Shown piece by piece: positions 10,280 to 19,190 of a stretch of DNA of 64,000 nucleotides. Position numbers and translations under genes: made by a program. Origin of the DNA: Candidatus Eiseniibacteriota bacterium (GTDB taxonomy: Bacteria; Eisenbacteria; RBG-16-71-46; CAVPCR01); assembly GCA_963823555.1 (NCBI GenBank), contig CAWGMA010000004.1:256001-320000 (forward strand). The letters are read 5' to 3'. Every line of letters begins with the position of its first letter. The stretch's first letter is position 1. The notes beneath the pieces were generated by a model. The model was not told the DNA's origin. It saw only the letters and a program-made list of their open reading frames with translations, and searched no databases.

Positions 10280-10308
10280 ATTGTGGCCGGAGGGATGCAC
10301 CCGGTCAA
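10280..10308 (-). promoter_or_regulatory. Sigma70-type promoter giving a leaderless transcript for the 2Fe-2S/Mo operon
   Basis: Minus strand TTGACC-N17-CACAAT-N6-ATG, no Shine-Dalgarno. Confidence 0.6.
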
Positions 10309-10325
10309 GTCTGTTGCCGGCTTGC

Positions 10326-12113
10326 CTACGGGAGCAGCACGAGCGAGGTCTTCCCCCGGCTGTCGATCCCGCCCTCCGGATGAAGAAAGTAGATCCCGGC
10401 GGGCGCGCGCCCGCCGTGGTCGCTGCGGCCATCCCATTCGAGGCGATCCGGACCGGACGCATCGGCGGCGGTGAGGCGTCGGATGACGCGTCCGTGCACA
10501 TTGACGATGGCGACCCGGGGCGCGAGCCCGGCGGCCTCGAGCACCACCTCACACCCGCCTCGAACCGGATTGGGGACGACAAGGAGTCGCGGCCGATGGC
10601 GCTCGCCATCGAGGGCCATCCCCGTCGACATGAGCTCCTGGATGTCGTCGACCGAGATGTGACCGGTCACGTCCCGATCCACGATCTCGATCGCCGCGAC
10701 CATCCCAGCGAGATCGCTCACGTTCCAGCCCACGCGGGCCATGGCTTCGCTCCCGATGGGCAAGGTCCGGCGCAGGATCTGGCTCGTGGCCGGATCGACC
10801 AGAGCCACATAGAGGTCCTGGGAGAAGCTTCCACCCAGGAGGAACTCGATGCGGTAGCCCGAGATCTGAAACGAGGTCGAGCGCAGGACGCCGGTCCACG
10901 ATTCATTGGGGCCGCAGCCGGCGCATCCCCCGCCATAAGGTCCGGCGTACGTCTCGGCCGTGTTCACCCAGAAATGGCCCTCGACATTGGACGGATGGCC
11001 GGTGCGCTCTCCCGGCCGATCGAACAACGTCGGCAGATTGGGTGGGTCTCCCTCGATGAGCGTCCACCGGCTCCAGAAGCGGTCTTGCGCTGCGAGCTCG
11101 GGCCCGGCCTGGCCCCAGGCGAGGCTGTCGAACCGGATCCCGCGCGTGGACAGCGCATCCTGGGTGAGGAATCCGACAGCCCGCGAGTAGGTGTCCGGTG
11201 CCGTGTGCTCCGAGGCGATCCCTTCGGTGTCGAACAGCTGGTTCGTCTCCAGGCGCCAGAAGGCCGTGGGGGCGATGCTGCGGAGGAAATGGACTCCGCC
11301 GGGAGTCACGGTGCGCGTGTAGAACAGGTACCAGGATGGTGACTCCGGCCCGGCCAAGAGATGGCTCGACTCCATCAACGAGGACGAGTTGTTGATGACG
11401 AGCGGCGCTCCCGAGTCCACCCAGACCCGGCCGTCCGGCGAGCGGCCGAGGGCGATGGCTCCGCGGCTCGGCTGACCTTCGTATCCGTCCCGAGTCCGCA
11501 CCGTCGTGAGGAGCACGGTCGCGGTTCCGAGCGTCATGAGATAGGGGTCGCGGCAGTTCGACCAACCGGCAGCCGGGTTCCACTCGGCCCACGTCGAATC
11601 GGGCCGGAACGCGGGCTCCTCGATCGAGAGATCCGTCCATGAGAAGAGATCCAGCGATGTGGCGATGCCGATCGCCTGGTTGATCAGCGAATCGACGCCG
11701 GTGTAGGCCATGAGGAAGCCGCCATCGATCTGGGGGTCGGCGATGACGTGCGGCGCCCACACATTGCGCGTCTTCCAGTCGTGATCCGGATCGATGGGCA
11801 GGATGCGTTCGTGGACCGTCCAGTGACGGAGATCGGGGGACGAGGCGTGGCCGAAGTCGACCTCGTTGCCGGGCTCGCTCCAGCCCTCGCCGGCGAAGCC
11901 CACGATGTAGATGAGATGGAACCGACCATCGGGCCCGCGCACGAGCGCATGATCCTTGACGTAGTGAGCGGGCGATTCAACGAAGAAGGCTTCCTCGAAG
12001 TCTTCGCTGAACTGGGCGCCCACCGGCGAGGAGATGAATGCGAGCGCGACCGCGGCCAGGACCGCGGTGCGGATGGCGGAGGAAACCACAGGAGTCGAGC
12101 AGCGACCGCGCAT
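10326..12113 (-). CDS. Secreted five-bladed beta-propeller glycoside hydrolase-like protein (GH32/GH43 clan-like) with C-terminal FlgD-Ig domain
   Basis: Signal peptide, KDH, FGHASSPDLRHW, VWAPHV, CRDPY, MES motifs; tail PNP...WDGRSDHGGRAPAGIYF. Confidence 0.7.
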   Translation of the reverse strand: MRGRCSTPVVSSAIRTAVLAAVALAFISSPVGAQFSEDFEEAFFVESPAHYVKDHALVRGPDGRFHLIYIVGFAGEGWSEPGNEVDFGHASSPDLRHWTVHERILPIDPDHDWKTRNVWAPHVIADPQIDGGFLMAYTGVDSLINQAIGIATSLDLFSWTDLSIEEPAFRPDSTWAEWNPAAGWSNCRDPYLMTLGTATVLLTTVRTRDGYEGQPSRGAIALGRSPDGRVWVDSGAPLVINNSSSLMESSHLLAGPESPSWYLFYTRTVTPGGVHFLRSIAPTAFWRLETNQLFDTEGIASEHTAPDTYSRAVGFLTQDALSTRGIRFDSLAWGQAGPELAAQDRFWSRWTLIEGDPPNLPTLFDRPGERTGHPSNVEGHFWVNTAETYAGPYGGGCAGCGPNESWTGVLRSTSFQISGYRIEFLLGGSFSQDLYVALVDPATSQILRRTLPIGSEAMARVGWNVSDLAGMVAAIEIVDRDVTGHISVDDIQELMSTGMALDGERHRPRLLVVPNPVRGGCEVVLEAAGLAPRVAIVNVHGRVIRRLTAADASGPDRLEWDGRSDHGGRAPAGIYFLHPEGGIDSRGKTSLVLLP

Positions 12114-12267
12114 CGTCGACCTCGTCCTTGAAGTCGGTTCGGCGGCGGCCCTTGCAGATCCGGGGCCCGGGCCGTCGCGATGGCATCCTTCGGGCGTGGC
12201 GGCGATCAGGTGGATTATAGCCCAATCCCCGCCGGAAGGATATTCCGTGGGGATCCAGCGGCGCGAA

Positions 12268-13440
12268 TCACACGGCGCGGATGGCTTCGGCGACCGGTAG
12301 CCGCGCGGCGCGGCGCGCGGGGAGATATCCGCCGACGAGGCCCATCAGGAGCGCGAAGACGATGCCGGCGATCGCCACCTGCGGAGTGACCGCCAGGCGG
12401 AACGTGATCTCCGAGAAGTTGTCCCAGTTGGTGGTGCCGGTCGAGCGGCCGTTGGTCACGAGGAACGCGAGCAGCGCGCCGATGACGCCGCCGAGCCCGG
12501 CAATGAGCATGGACTCGAGGATGAAGGAGCGCAGCACGCTCCCCGGCGTGAAGCCGATTGCGATCAGCGTGCCGATCTCGCGCGTACGAGCGGCCACTGC
12601 GGCGTACATGGTGTTGATGGCGCCGAAGATGGCGCCGATCGACATGATCGCACCGATGAAGATGGCGAGCATGCGGAGCGTCGCCACGAGGGCGGCCGAC
12701 TGCCCGGCGTAGAACTCCGACTCGCGCTTCACCTGCACCTCGAGCTGGGGCTCCTCCTCGAGGCGGCGCTTCAGCTCCGCGAAGCGTTCAGGATCGGCGA
12801 GGCGGAGCGTGGCCGACTGGTAGCCGGGCCGGTCGAAGGCCGGCAGGAACAGCTCGACATCCCCCCAGATCTCCGACTCGTAGGCCGATCCGGCGGCCGC
12901 GAAGATCCCGACCACCCGCCATTCCTGGCCACCGAAGCGGATGCGATCCCCGAGGCCGGTGTCCCGGATACGGCGGGACAGGCTCCTGCCCACGATGACC
13001 TCGGCGAGCCCGGGGCGGAAGGAGCGACCCTCGACCACCTGCACCTCCGGGCGCAGGGCGAACGACTGCGGCGAGATCCCGCGCACCGAGACATTGGTGG
13101 GATCCCCGCCGCCGCGCTTGGCGTGGTTGATGACCACGACCAGATCCGCCGTCAACAGCGGCTGTCCGCCCGTATCTCGGGCGATCTCGGGCAGGCCGCG
13201 GATCAGGGCGGCGTCCTCGCGCGGGATGTAGCTCTGGATCTCACCCGTGGCGCCGCTCCGGAGGACGATGGCATTTTCCGGGTGGCCGGTGCGGGCAAGC
13301 GAGCCGCGCAGCCCCTGCACGAAGGCGAGCATCGAGCTGAAGATGAACACCACGAGGGCGATTCCGAGCGCCGTGAACAGCGTGGAAGCCTTGCGCACCG
13401 TGAGGTTCCTCACGTTGTAGATGATCGGCATGGCCTGCAT
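12268..13440 (-). CDS. ABC transporter permease (MacB/FtsX-type)
   Basis: NTMYAAVAARTREIGTLIAIGF, GGYLPARRAARL. Start at 13440 or 13431. Confidence 0.9.
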   Translation of the reverse strand: MQAMPIIYNVRNLTVRKASTLFTALGIALVVFIFSSMLAFVQGLRGSLARTGHPENAIVLRSGATGEIQSYIPREDAALIRGLPEIARDTGGQPLLTADLVVVINHAKRGGGDPTNVSVRGISPQSFALRPEVQVVEGRSFRPGLAEVIVGRSLSRRIRDTGLGDRIRFGGQEWRVVGIFAAAGSAYESEIWGDVELFLPAFDRPGYQSATLRLADPERFAELKRRLEEEPQLEVQVKRESEFYAGQSAALVATLRMLAIFIGAIMSIGAIFGAINTMYAAVAARTREIGTLIAIGFTPGSVLRSFILESMLIAGLGGVIGALLAFLVTNGRSTGTTNWDNFSEITFRLAVTPQVAIAGIVFALLMGLVGGYLPARRAARLPVAEAIRAV

Positions 13441-13460
13441 CCGGTTCCTCCCGCTTTTCG

Positions 13461-14606
13461 CTACGCCGGGTTGCGCAGCGCGTCCACCTCGCGCAGTCGC
13501 GCCGCGCGAATTGCTGGCCACAATGCCGACAGCCCGCCGAGGAGCAAGGAGATCGCGATCCCCTGCAGCATGGTCGAACCCCGTACGACGAAGCTGGGGA
13601 AGAAGCCGCCTCCGGTGAAGCCGAGCTGATCCCACAGCACCCTGGCGATCACAACACCCAGAGTGCCGCCGAGGAGGGCGATCACCATCGCTTCGAACAC
13701 CACCATGGCCACCACGGCGCCGTCCGGGAAGCCGAGCGTCTTGAGGACGGCCACCTCCGAGGTGCGCTCGCGGGCCGCCATCATCATCGTGTTCATGGCG
13801 ACCAGGATGATGGCCACGACCACGGCGAAGCCGATCAGATTGACCGCGAACTGGATGTTGCCGAGCATCGAGATGAAGCCCATCTGGAAGGCCTCCTCGC
13901 TCTCGGTGCGGGTCTCGGTGGACGAATTGGCGAACAGGGCGTCGATCGTCTCGCTGGTCGTGGCCACCAGGCTCGCGTCCCGGATCTGAACGATGTAGAC
14001 GCCGACATTGCCGCGTCCCATGAAGTTGCGTTCGTCGAGGTACGGCCAGTGGAAGAAGAACTGGCGTTCATCCACCGTGTCGTCTTCCCCACGGTAGATG
14101 CCGCGAACGATGAACTCCCAGTCCCCCGGGTAGATCGTGCCCTTGAGGGTGACGCGATCGCCGATCTTCCAGCCGTGCTCGTTGGCCAGTCCCTCGCCGA
14201 CGATGGCCGCCGTGCGCTCGCGCTTCCAGTCGCTGAGCTGTTCGGGCGGTACCTTGAGCTCTGGATAAAGGGTGAAATAGGTGTCGGGGTCGACCGCGAA
14301 CTGCGCGAAGAAGTTGCGTTCGTCGATGTAGGTCCCGCCGAACCAGTTGGCCCAGGTCAGGCCGCTGATGCCGTCGATGGCGGCGATCCGCTCCTTGTAG
14401 GCGATGGGAACGGTGAAGATGAGGCTGGTCGCGTTGCGTACCACCAGGCGGTTGACGTCGGCAAAGTCGATTCCCGCATCGAAGGATGTGACCACGGTGC
14501 GCAGCGTCGAGAACAGGAAGAGCGCCACCATCACGCTGAGCACGGTGAGGATGGTGCGACGCCGGCTCCTGAGCATGTTCATGCGGGCGAGGCCGAGGAG
14601 CATCAT
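13461..14606 (-). CDS. ABC transporter permease (MacB/FtsX-type)
   Basis: RSRRRTILT, NTMMMAARERTSEVAVLKTLGF, PAIRAARL. Confidence 0.9.
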   Translation of the reverse strand: MMLLGLARMNMLRSRRRTILTVLSVMVALFLFSTLRTVVTSFDAGIDFADVNRLVVRNATSLIFTVPIAYKERIAAIDGISGLTWANWFGGTYIDERNFFAQFAVDPDTYFTLYPELKVPPEQLSDWKRERTAAIVGEGLANEHGWKIGDRVTLKGTIYPGDWEFIVRGIYRGEDDTVDERQFFFHWPYLDERNFMGRGNVGVYIVQIRDASLVATTSETIDALFANSSTETRTESEEAFQMGFISMLGNIQFAVNLIGFAVVVAIILVAMNTMMMAARERTSEVAVLKTLGFPDGAVVAMVVFEAMVIALLGGTLGVVIARVLWDQLGFTGGGFFPSFVVRGSTMLQGIAISLLLGGLSALWPAIRAARLREVDALRNPA

Positions 14607-15334
14607 GACTCGACCCGGAGAGCGCGAGCGCGCTCTCGCGCGGCATGGCGAGCCGTGGTCTCCATGCGGCTCAGCACGCCCTTGTCGAGATGGACCATGT
14701 GATGGGCGCGCTCGGCGGCATGCGGGTCGTGGGTGACCATGATGACGGTCTTTTCGAACTGTTCGTTCAATTGCTCGAGGAGATCGAGAATCTCGCCGGC
14801 CGATTTGGAGTCGAGATCTCCGGTCGGCTCATCGGCGAGCAGCACCGTGGGATCGGCGACGATGGCGCGGGCGATGGCCACGCGCTGTTCCTGCCCACCC
14901 GACAACTGGCGCGGGTAGTGATCGGCCCGGTCGGCAAGGCCGACGATGGTGAGGGCCGTCATCACCCGCTCCTTGCGATCCCTGGGCTTCAGCTTGTGCA
15001 GGAGGAGCGGCAGCTCGACGTTCTGAAACGCGGTCAGGACGGGGATCAGGTTGTATAGCTGGAAGATGAACCCGACATGCTGGGCGCGGTACTCGGCCAG
15101 CCGCCTGCGGCTGAGTGTGCCGATATCCTGGCCGTTCACGATCACCTGTCCGGAGGTCGCGACATCGATGCCGCCCACCAGGTTCAAGATGGTCGTCTTG
15201 CCCGAACCCGATGGTCCCATGAGGGCGAAGAAGTCGCCCTGGCCGACGGCGAGGTTGAGCCCCTGCAGAACCGGGATTTCGAAGTCGTCACGGTAATAGG
15301 CCTTGGTGACGTCCTTCATCTCTACGAGATGCAA
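14603..15334 (-). CDS. ABC transporter ATP-binding protein (LolD/MacB-type)
   Basis: GPSGSGKT, LSGGQEQRV, LLADEPTGDLD, VTHD. Confidence 0.95.
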   Translation of the reverse strand: MHLVEMKDVTKAYYRDDFEIPVLQGLNLAVGQGDFFALMGPSGSGKTTILNLVGGIDVATSGQVIVNGQDIGTLSRRRLAEYRAQHVGFIFQLYNLIPVLTAFQNVELPLLLHKLKPRDRKERVMTALTIVGLADRADHYPRQLSGGQEQRVAIARAIVADPTVLLADEPTGDLDSKSAGEILDLLEQLNEQFEKTVIMVTHDPHAAERAHHMVHLDKGVLSRMETTARHAARERARALRVES

Positions 15335-15358
15335 TGGAGTGCTCCTTGCCGTGGACCG

Positions 15359-16669
15359 TCAGCGTTGCGAGGTGCTGCGGGTGCGGACCCGCTGTCCGGG
15401 TTGGACCGCCGGCTCGTTGCCGACGACCACTCGCTCGCCGGGACCGAGCCCGGCCAGGATCTGGATGTCGCCACCCATCTGCGGGCCGACCTCGACCTTC
15501 TCGACGGCGATGCGGTGGTCGCGCACGAGGTAGACCGCGGTGTCATCGTCCTCGCGGCGGATCGCGTCGCGCGGCACCCAGACCTGCACGGCACGCTCGC
15601 CGGCGTCGGGTGCGGCCGGCGCGAGGAAGGTGACGCGCGCGCCCATCTCCGGGAGCACATGCTCGTCGCGCTCGCGGAAGGCGACCTTCACCTGCACGGT
15701 CGCCTTCTGGCGATCGGCGGTGGGCACGATCTGGCGGACCTCGCCTGGATAGGGATGATCGGGAGAGGAATCGAGCACGATCTCGGCTCCGAGGCCGGGC
15801 TTCACCCGGCGGATGTAGGTCTCGTTGACATCGACCTCGACCTCCACCGAGGCCAGGTCGGCGATGGTGACAACCGGTACCCCGCCGCCGCCGCTGGAGG
15901 ACGAGCCGCCGAAGGTCGGTCCCACGACCTCTCCGAGCTCCGCGTTCTTCTCGAGCACCGTACCGTCGAATGGAGCCCGGATGCGCATCTTCTCGAGCAT
16001 GGCTTGAACGACGGCCAGGCCGGCGCGGCCCGTCTCGATGCGGGCCACGGCCGAAGCGGTGCGGGCTCTGGCGGCCTGGGCCTCGGTGGCGGCGGCATCG
16101 TGCCGCGATTGCGAGGTCAGGCCGCGCGCGAGCAGCTCTTGCTGGCGCGTCGCCTCCCGCTGGAGGTCATCCCGGCGCACCTCGGCTTCCGCGAGCGTGG
16201 CCTCGGCCGCCGCGATCTCGGCGGCTGCTTCCCGCTCGCGCGCCACGAGATCCTCGTCGGCCAGCCGGCCGATGATCTCGCCCCTCCGAACCTGGTCGCC
16301 GACATCGACCCGGAGGTCCACGAGACGCCCGGTGACCTCGGGAGCAACGGCTGCGCGGACCCGAGCCACGACGTAGCCCGATGCCGACAGGATCGTGGCT
16401 CCACCGCCGGTGCCGGCTCCCCCGCTCTCGGTCGCCCTGGCCAGCGCCACGGTCACCAGCGGGCGGCGAAAGGGGAGGATGTCGCTCGCGAGGAGGAGCA
16501 CCGCGGCCACGAGCGCCAGGCCGCCGATGGCCATCGGCACGATGGGACGCCGCCGCCGCCGGGGCTCCGGCGCGCGATCGAGACGGAGTCGGGCCAGATG
16601 TTCTGAGATCTTCTTCTCGGGCACTGAATGGCTCTCGGCAGCGGGTGAAGATGCGAATTTCACGGACAT
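15359..16669 (-). CDS. Periplasmic adaptor / membrane fusion protein (MacA/HlyD-like)
   Basis: Single N-terminal TM helix, ASGYVVAR, coiled hairpin, IRAPFDGTV, PTADRQKATVQVKV, GLGPGERVVV. Confidence 0.92.
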   Translation of the reverse strand: MSVKFASSPAAESHSVPEKKISEHLARLRLDRAPEPRRRRRPIVPMAIGGLALVAAVLLLASDILPFRRPLVTVALARATESGGAGTGGGATILSASGYVVARVRAAVAPEVTGRLVDLRVDVGDQVRRGEIIGRLADEDLVAREREAAAEIAAAEATLAEAEVRRDDLQREATRQQELLARGLTSQSRHDAAATEAQAARARTASAVARIETGRAGLAVVQAMLEKMRIRAPFDGTVLEKNAELGEVVGPTFGGSSSSGGGGVPVVTIADLASVEVEVDVNETYIRRVKPGLGAEIVLDSSPDHPYPGEVRQIVPTADRQKATVQVKVAFRERDEHVLPEMGARVTFLAPAAPDAGERAVQVWVPRDAIRREDDDTAVYLVRDHRIAVEKVEVGPQMGGDIQILAGLGPGERVVVGNEPAVQPGQRVRTRSTSQR

Positions 16670-16716
16670 GTCATCTTGTAGGGGGAGCGGGGGAGGCCGC
16701 CTCAGGGGTGTGCAGT

Positions 16717-17511
16717 CTAACTCCGCCCCGTGTCGCCGCGATAGCTCCGAATGACTTCGCCCAGGATGGCGACAGCGATCTCGGCCGGGGTTTCGGCTCC
16801 GATCTCAAGGCCGATCGGGCAGGCGACCCGGGCATCGAAATCCGCATCCTTCGCCCCCCGAGCGATGATGCGCGAGCGCAGGTCGGTGCGCTTGGCCTTG
16901 GATCCGATGAGCCCGATCGGGCCCGGGAAGCGGTCGAGCGCCAGCGCGATCGCGGCTTCATCCTCGTGGTGAGAATAGCCGAGCACGAAGATGTGGGTGT
17001 AGGGCCCGAGGTCACGATCGCGGAAGAAGTCGCCGGCGTGTCCCGCGATGACGTCGATCGCATGGGGGAAGCGCTCCCTGCTCGCGAACGACGGGCGGTC
17101 GTCGACGACCGTGTAGCGGTATTCGAGAAGAGCGCAGAGTCGCGCCACGGCCAGCGCCACGTGACCACCACCGAACAGGACGAGATGAGGTCTGGGTTTC
17201 ATGATCTCGATGAAGATGGTTGCCGATCCGCCGCAGACGGAGTCGAGCCCCCCGGGTTTCTGGCGGGCGAGATCGAAGTGGTGGAGTCCCGCGATGGGCT
17301 CGCCGGCGAGCCCATCGCGAAGGAGAGTCTTCACTTTCTCTTCGAGCCCGGCGCCGCCGACGGTGCCGAACTCGCGGCCATCTGCGGTGAGGACCAGCCG
17401 GGCACCGAGCTTGCCGGGCACCGAGCCCACGGTCTCGACCACGGTCGCCACGGCGAAGCGGATGCCCCGGAGCTCCAGATCGACCATGGCCGTGAGCACC
17501 GGGGCATTCAT
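16717..17511 (-). CDS. xdhC: XdhC/CoxI-family molybdoenzyme maturation factor
   Basis: ATVVETVGSVP, GTVGGAGLE, SVCGG, FGGGHVA, IGLIGSKAK, CPIGLEIGAETPAEIAVAI. Confidence 0.88.
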   Translation of the reverse strand: MNAPVLTAMVDLELRGIRFAVATVVETVGSVPGKLGARLVLTADGREFGTVGGAGLEEKVKTLLRDGLAGEPIAGLHHFDLARQKPGGLDSVCGGSATIFIEIMKPRPHLVLFGGGHVALAVARLCALLEYRYTVVDDRPSFASRERFPHAIDVIAGHAGDFFRDRDLGPYTHIFVLGYSHHEDEAAIALALDRFPGPIGLIGSKAKRTDLRSRIIARGAKDADFDARVACPIGLEIGAETPAEIAVAILGEVIRSYRGDTGRS

Positions 17512-18131
17512 GGGCCTTCCCCGCTCGCGAGCATGACCTCGGCGGCCGCGAGATCCTCCGGGGTATCGAGGTCGCGGAGCACCGAATCGGTGGGTCGCGG
17601 GACGAAGACGGTCCCCCCACGCTCGCGGCGCACGAGATCCCGCAATGGAGCATCCGGCGCCAGGGCGAGCACGGCGGGGAACAGGCGGCGGTGAAGCAGC
17701 ACGGGGTGGCCATTGCGCCCGCCGTGATTCGGCAGGACCACATTCGTCTCCGGGCGGGCGGCCGCGACGATGGCCGCGACATCATCGACGGTCACCAGAG
17801 GATGATCGACCGGCCAGACGAGCGCCGCAGTCGCGTTCTCGGGGAGCACCTCGAGCCCACACTGGACCGAGCTCGTCTGTCCGCGGTCTGGATCGGGATT
17901 CTCGATCAGGGTCGGTGCCGGTCTCTCCGTTTCCGCCATCCGCCGTACGTGATCGCCTTCGTGTCCGATGACGACGATCGGGCATCCGATCCCGGCCGCC
18001 ATCGCGGCTTTGAGGATCCGGATGAGCGCCGGCAACCCACCCACGGCCACGAGCGCCTTGTTGCCGCCGAGACGGCGGCCGCGGCCGGCGGCGAGCACGA
18101 GCGGCGTGATGGTCGCAGGGTCGAGAGACAT
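17508..18131 (-). CDS. Molybdenum cofactor cytidylyltransferase-like nucleotidyltransferase (MocA-like)
   Basis: LAAGRGRRLGGNKAL, GQTSSVQCGL, PVDHP, NGHPVL, DLDTPED; coupled to xdhC. Confidence 0.82.
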   Translation of the reverse strand: MSLDPATITPLVLAAGRGRRLGGNKALVAVGGLPALIRILKAAMAAGIGCPIVVIGHEGDHVRRMAETERPAPTLIENPDPDRGQTSSVQCGLEVLPENATAALVWPVDHPLVTVDDVAAIVAAARPETNVVLPNHGGRNGHPVLLHRRLFPAVLALAPDAPLRDLVRRERGGTVFVPRPTDSVLRDLDTPEDLAAAEVMLASGEGP

Positions 18132-18159
18132 CTCAGAGGCTCATGATTTCGGCTTGTCT

Positions 18160-18606
18160 TCAGCGATTCGGATCCGCTGACAGCCGCGCTTGCAGTGAGG
18201 CATAGGTGGTATCCCCGTCCGCTCCCTGCACGACCGGGAGCCCGAGCTCCACCCAGCCGGGAACCGCGGCGCCGCCGAAGTGACGCGCACCATGGAATCC
18301 GCCTTGCATGTTGCTGAGCTGCGCGAATCCCGCGTGAGCGAGCATCTCGCACGCCATCTGGGAACGGTTGCCGACCCGGCAGCCGAGGATGAGCGGAGTA
18401 TCGGGCGTGAAGCAAGCGGACATCACGGAAAGGAACGCGGGGTTCGGCGCCATCTGGCCCCAGGCGTTGGGGATGAAGGCAGGCACGTTGAGCGCGCCTT
18501 CCGGGCGCCCGGATGCGAATTCCTCCACGGTGCGAACGTCGACATAGACATGGCCGGCCTGCATGAGCTCGTGCGCATGATGGGGATCGATCTGCTGGAT
18601 GGGCAT
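18160..18606 (-). CDS. Single-domain rhodanese
   Basis: YVDVRTVEEFASGRPEGALNVP, active-site loop CRVGNRS, NMQGGF, W..LGLP. Start MPIQQ (18606). Confidence 0.85.
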   Translation of the reverse strand: MPIQQIDPHHAHELMQAGHVYVDVRTVEEFASGRPEGALNVPAFIPNAWGQMAPNPAFLSVMSACFTPDTPLILGCRVGNRSQMACEMLAHAGFAQLSNMQGGFHGARHFGGAAVPGWVELGLPVVQGADGDTTYASLQARLSADPNR

Positions 18607-18649
18607 GGGTGACTGGCTCCCGGTATCTTCTCTGGCTTGGGTCGGGGGG

Positions 18650-19024
18650 TCAGGCCTGCGGCGTGGCTCGGGTCGCCGCCCGGCCGGTATGGCAAGCCGG
18701 GCATGGGCACTCGGCGCGCAGGGCATCGAAAGCGTAGATCGAGTAGTGACCATCGGACCAGTGGACGCCGAGGCCGTAGTTCCCCACCTGTTCGAGGCTC
18801 GCGGGGGCGCTCGACGGCTCGGGTCCCAGCACGCGGAACGGGTTCGCACTGGCGGGCGGCGGCGCCTCCTCTTCCTGGCAGCCGGCACATCGGCAATGGC
18901 GGCGCAGGATCGGGAACGGGTATTCGCTCGCATGTCCATCGGCCCAGTCGACGCGCAACGCAGCCTGTCCGACCTGGACGATCTCCGTGGGCTGGGCCGA
19001 GTTCTGACTCTTATCCGCGTGCAT
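18650..19024 (-). CDS. DUF971 / gamma-butyrobetaine hydroxylase N-terminal-like protein
   Basis: WADGHASEY...LRRHCRCAGC, VGNYGL..WSDGH..IY, second CPCPAC. Confidence 0.85.
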   Translation of the reverse strand: MHADKSQNSAQPTEIVQVGQAALRVDWADGHASEYPFPILRRHCRCAGCQEEEAPPPASANPFRVLGPEPSSAPASLEQVGNYGLGVHWSDGHYSIYAFDALRAECPCPACHTGRAATRATPQA

Positions 19025-19053
19025 GCGTGGAGGATAGCACAGGCGCCGCCGCG

Positions 19054-19082
19054 TTGACGGTCTCGCGCGTGCATGCTAACTT
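19054..19082 (+). promoter_or_regulatory. Putative sigma70 promoter for the secreted protease gene
   Basis: TTGACG-N17-TAACTT with TG extended -10. Confidence 0.45.
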
Positions 19083-19190
19083 ATGGGTTGGTAACTCGTT
19101 GCGGGTCCGCCCCGGATTCGACCCGCCTGCCGGCCCCGGCCCGATCGACGAGTTGAAGGCTCCCCAGAAGAGCCCAAGGAGTGCCGCGCC

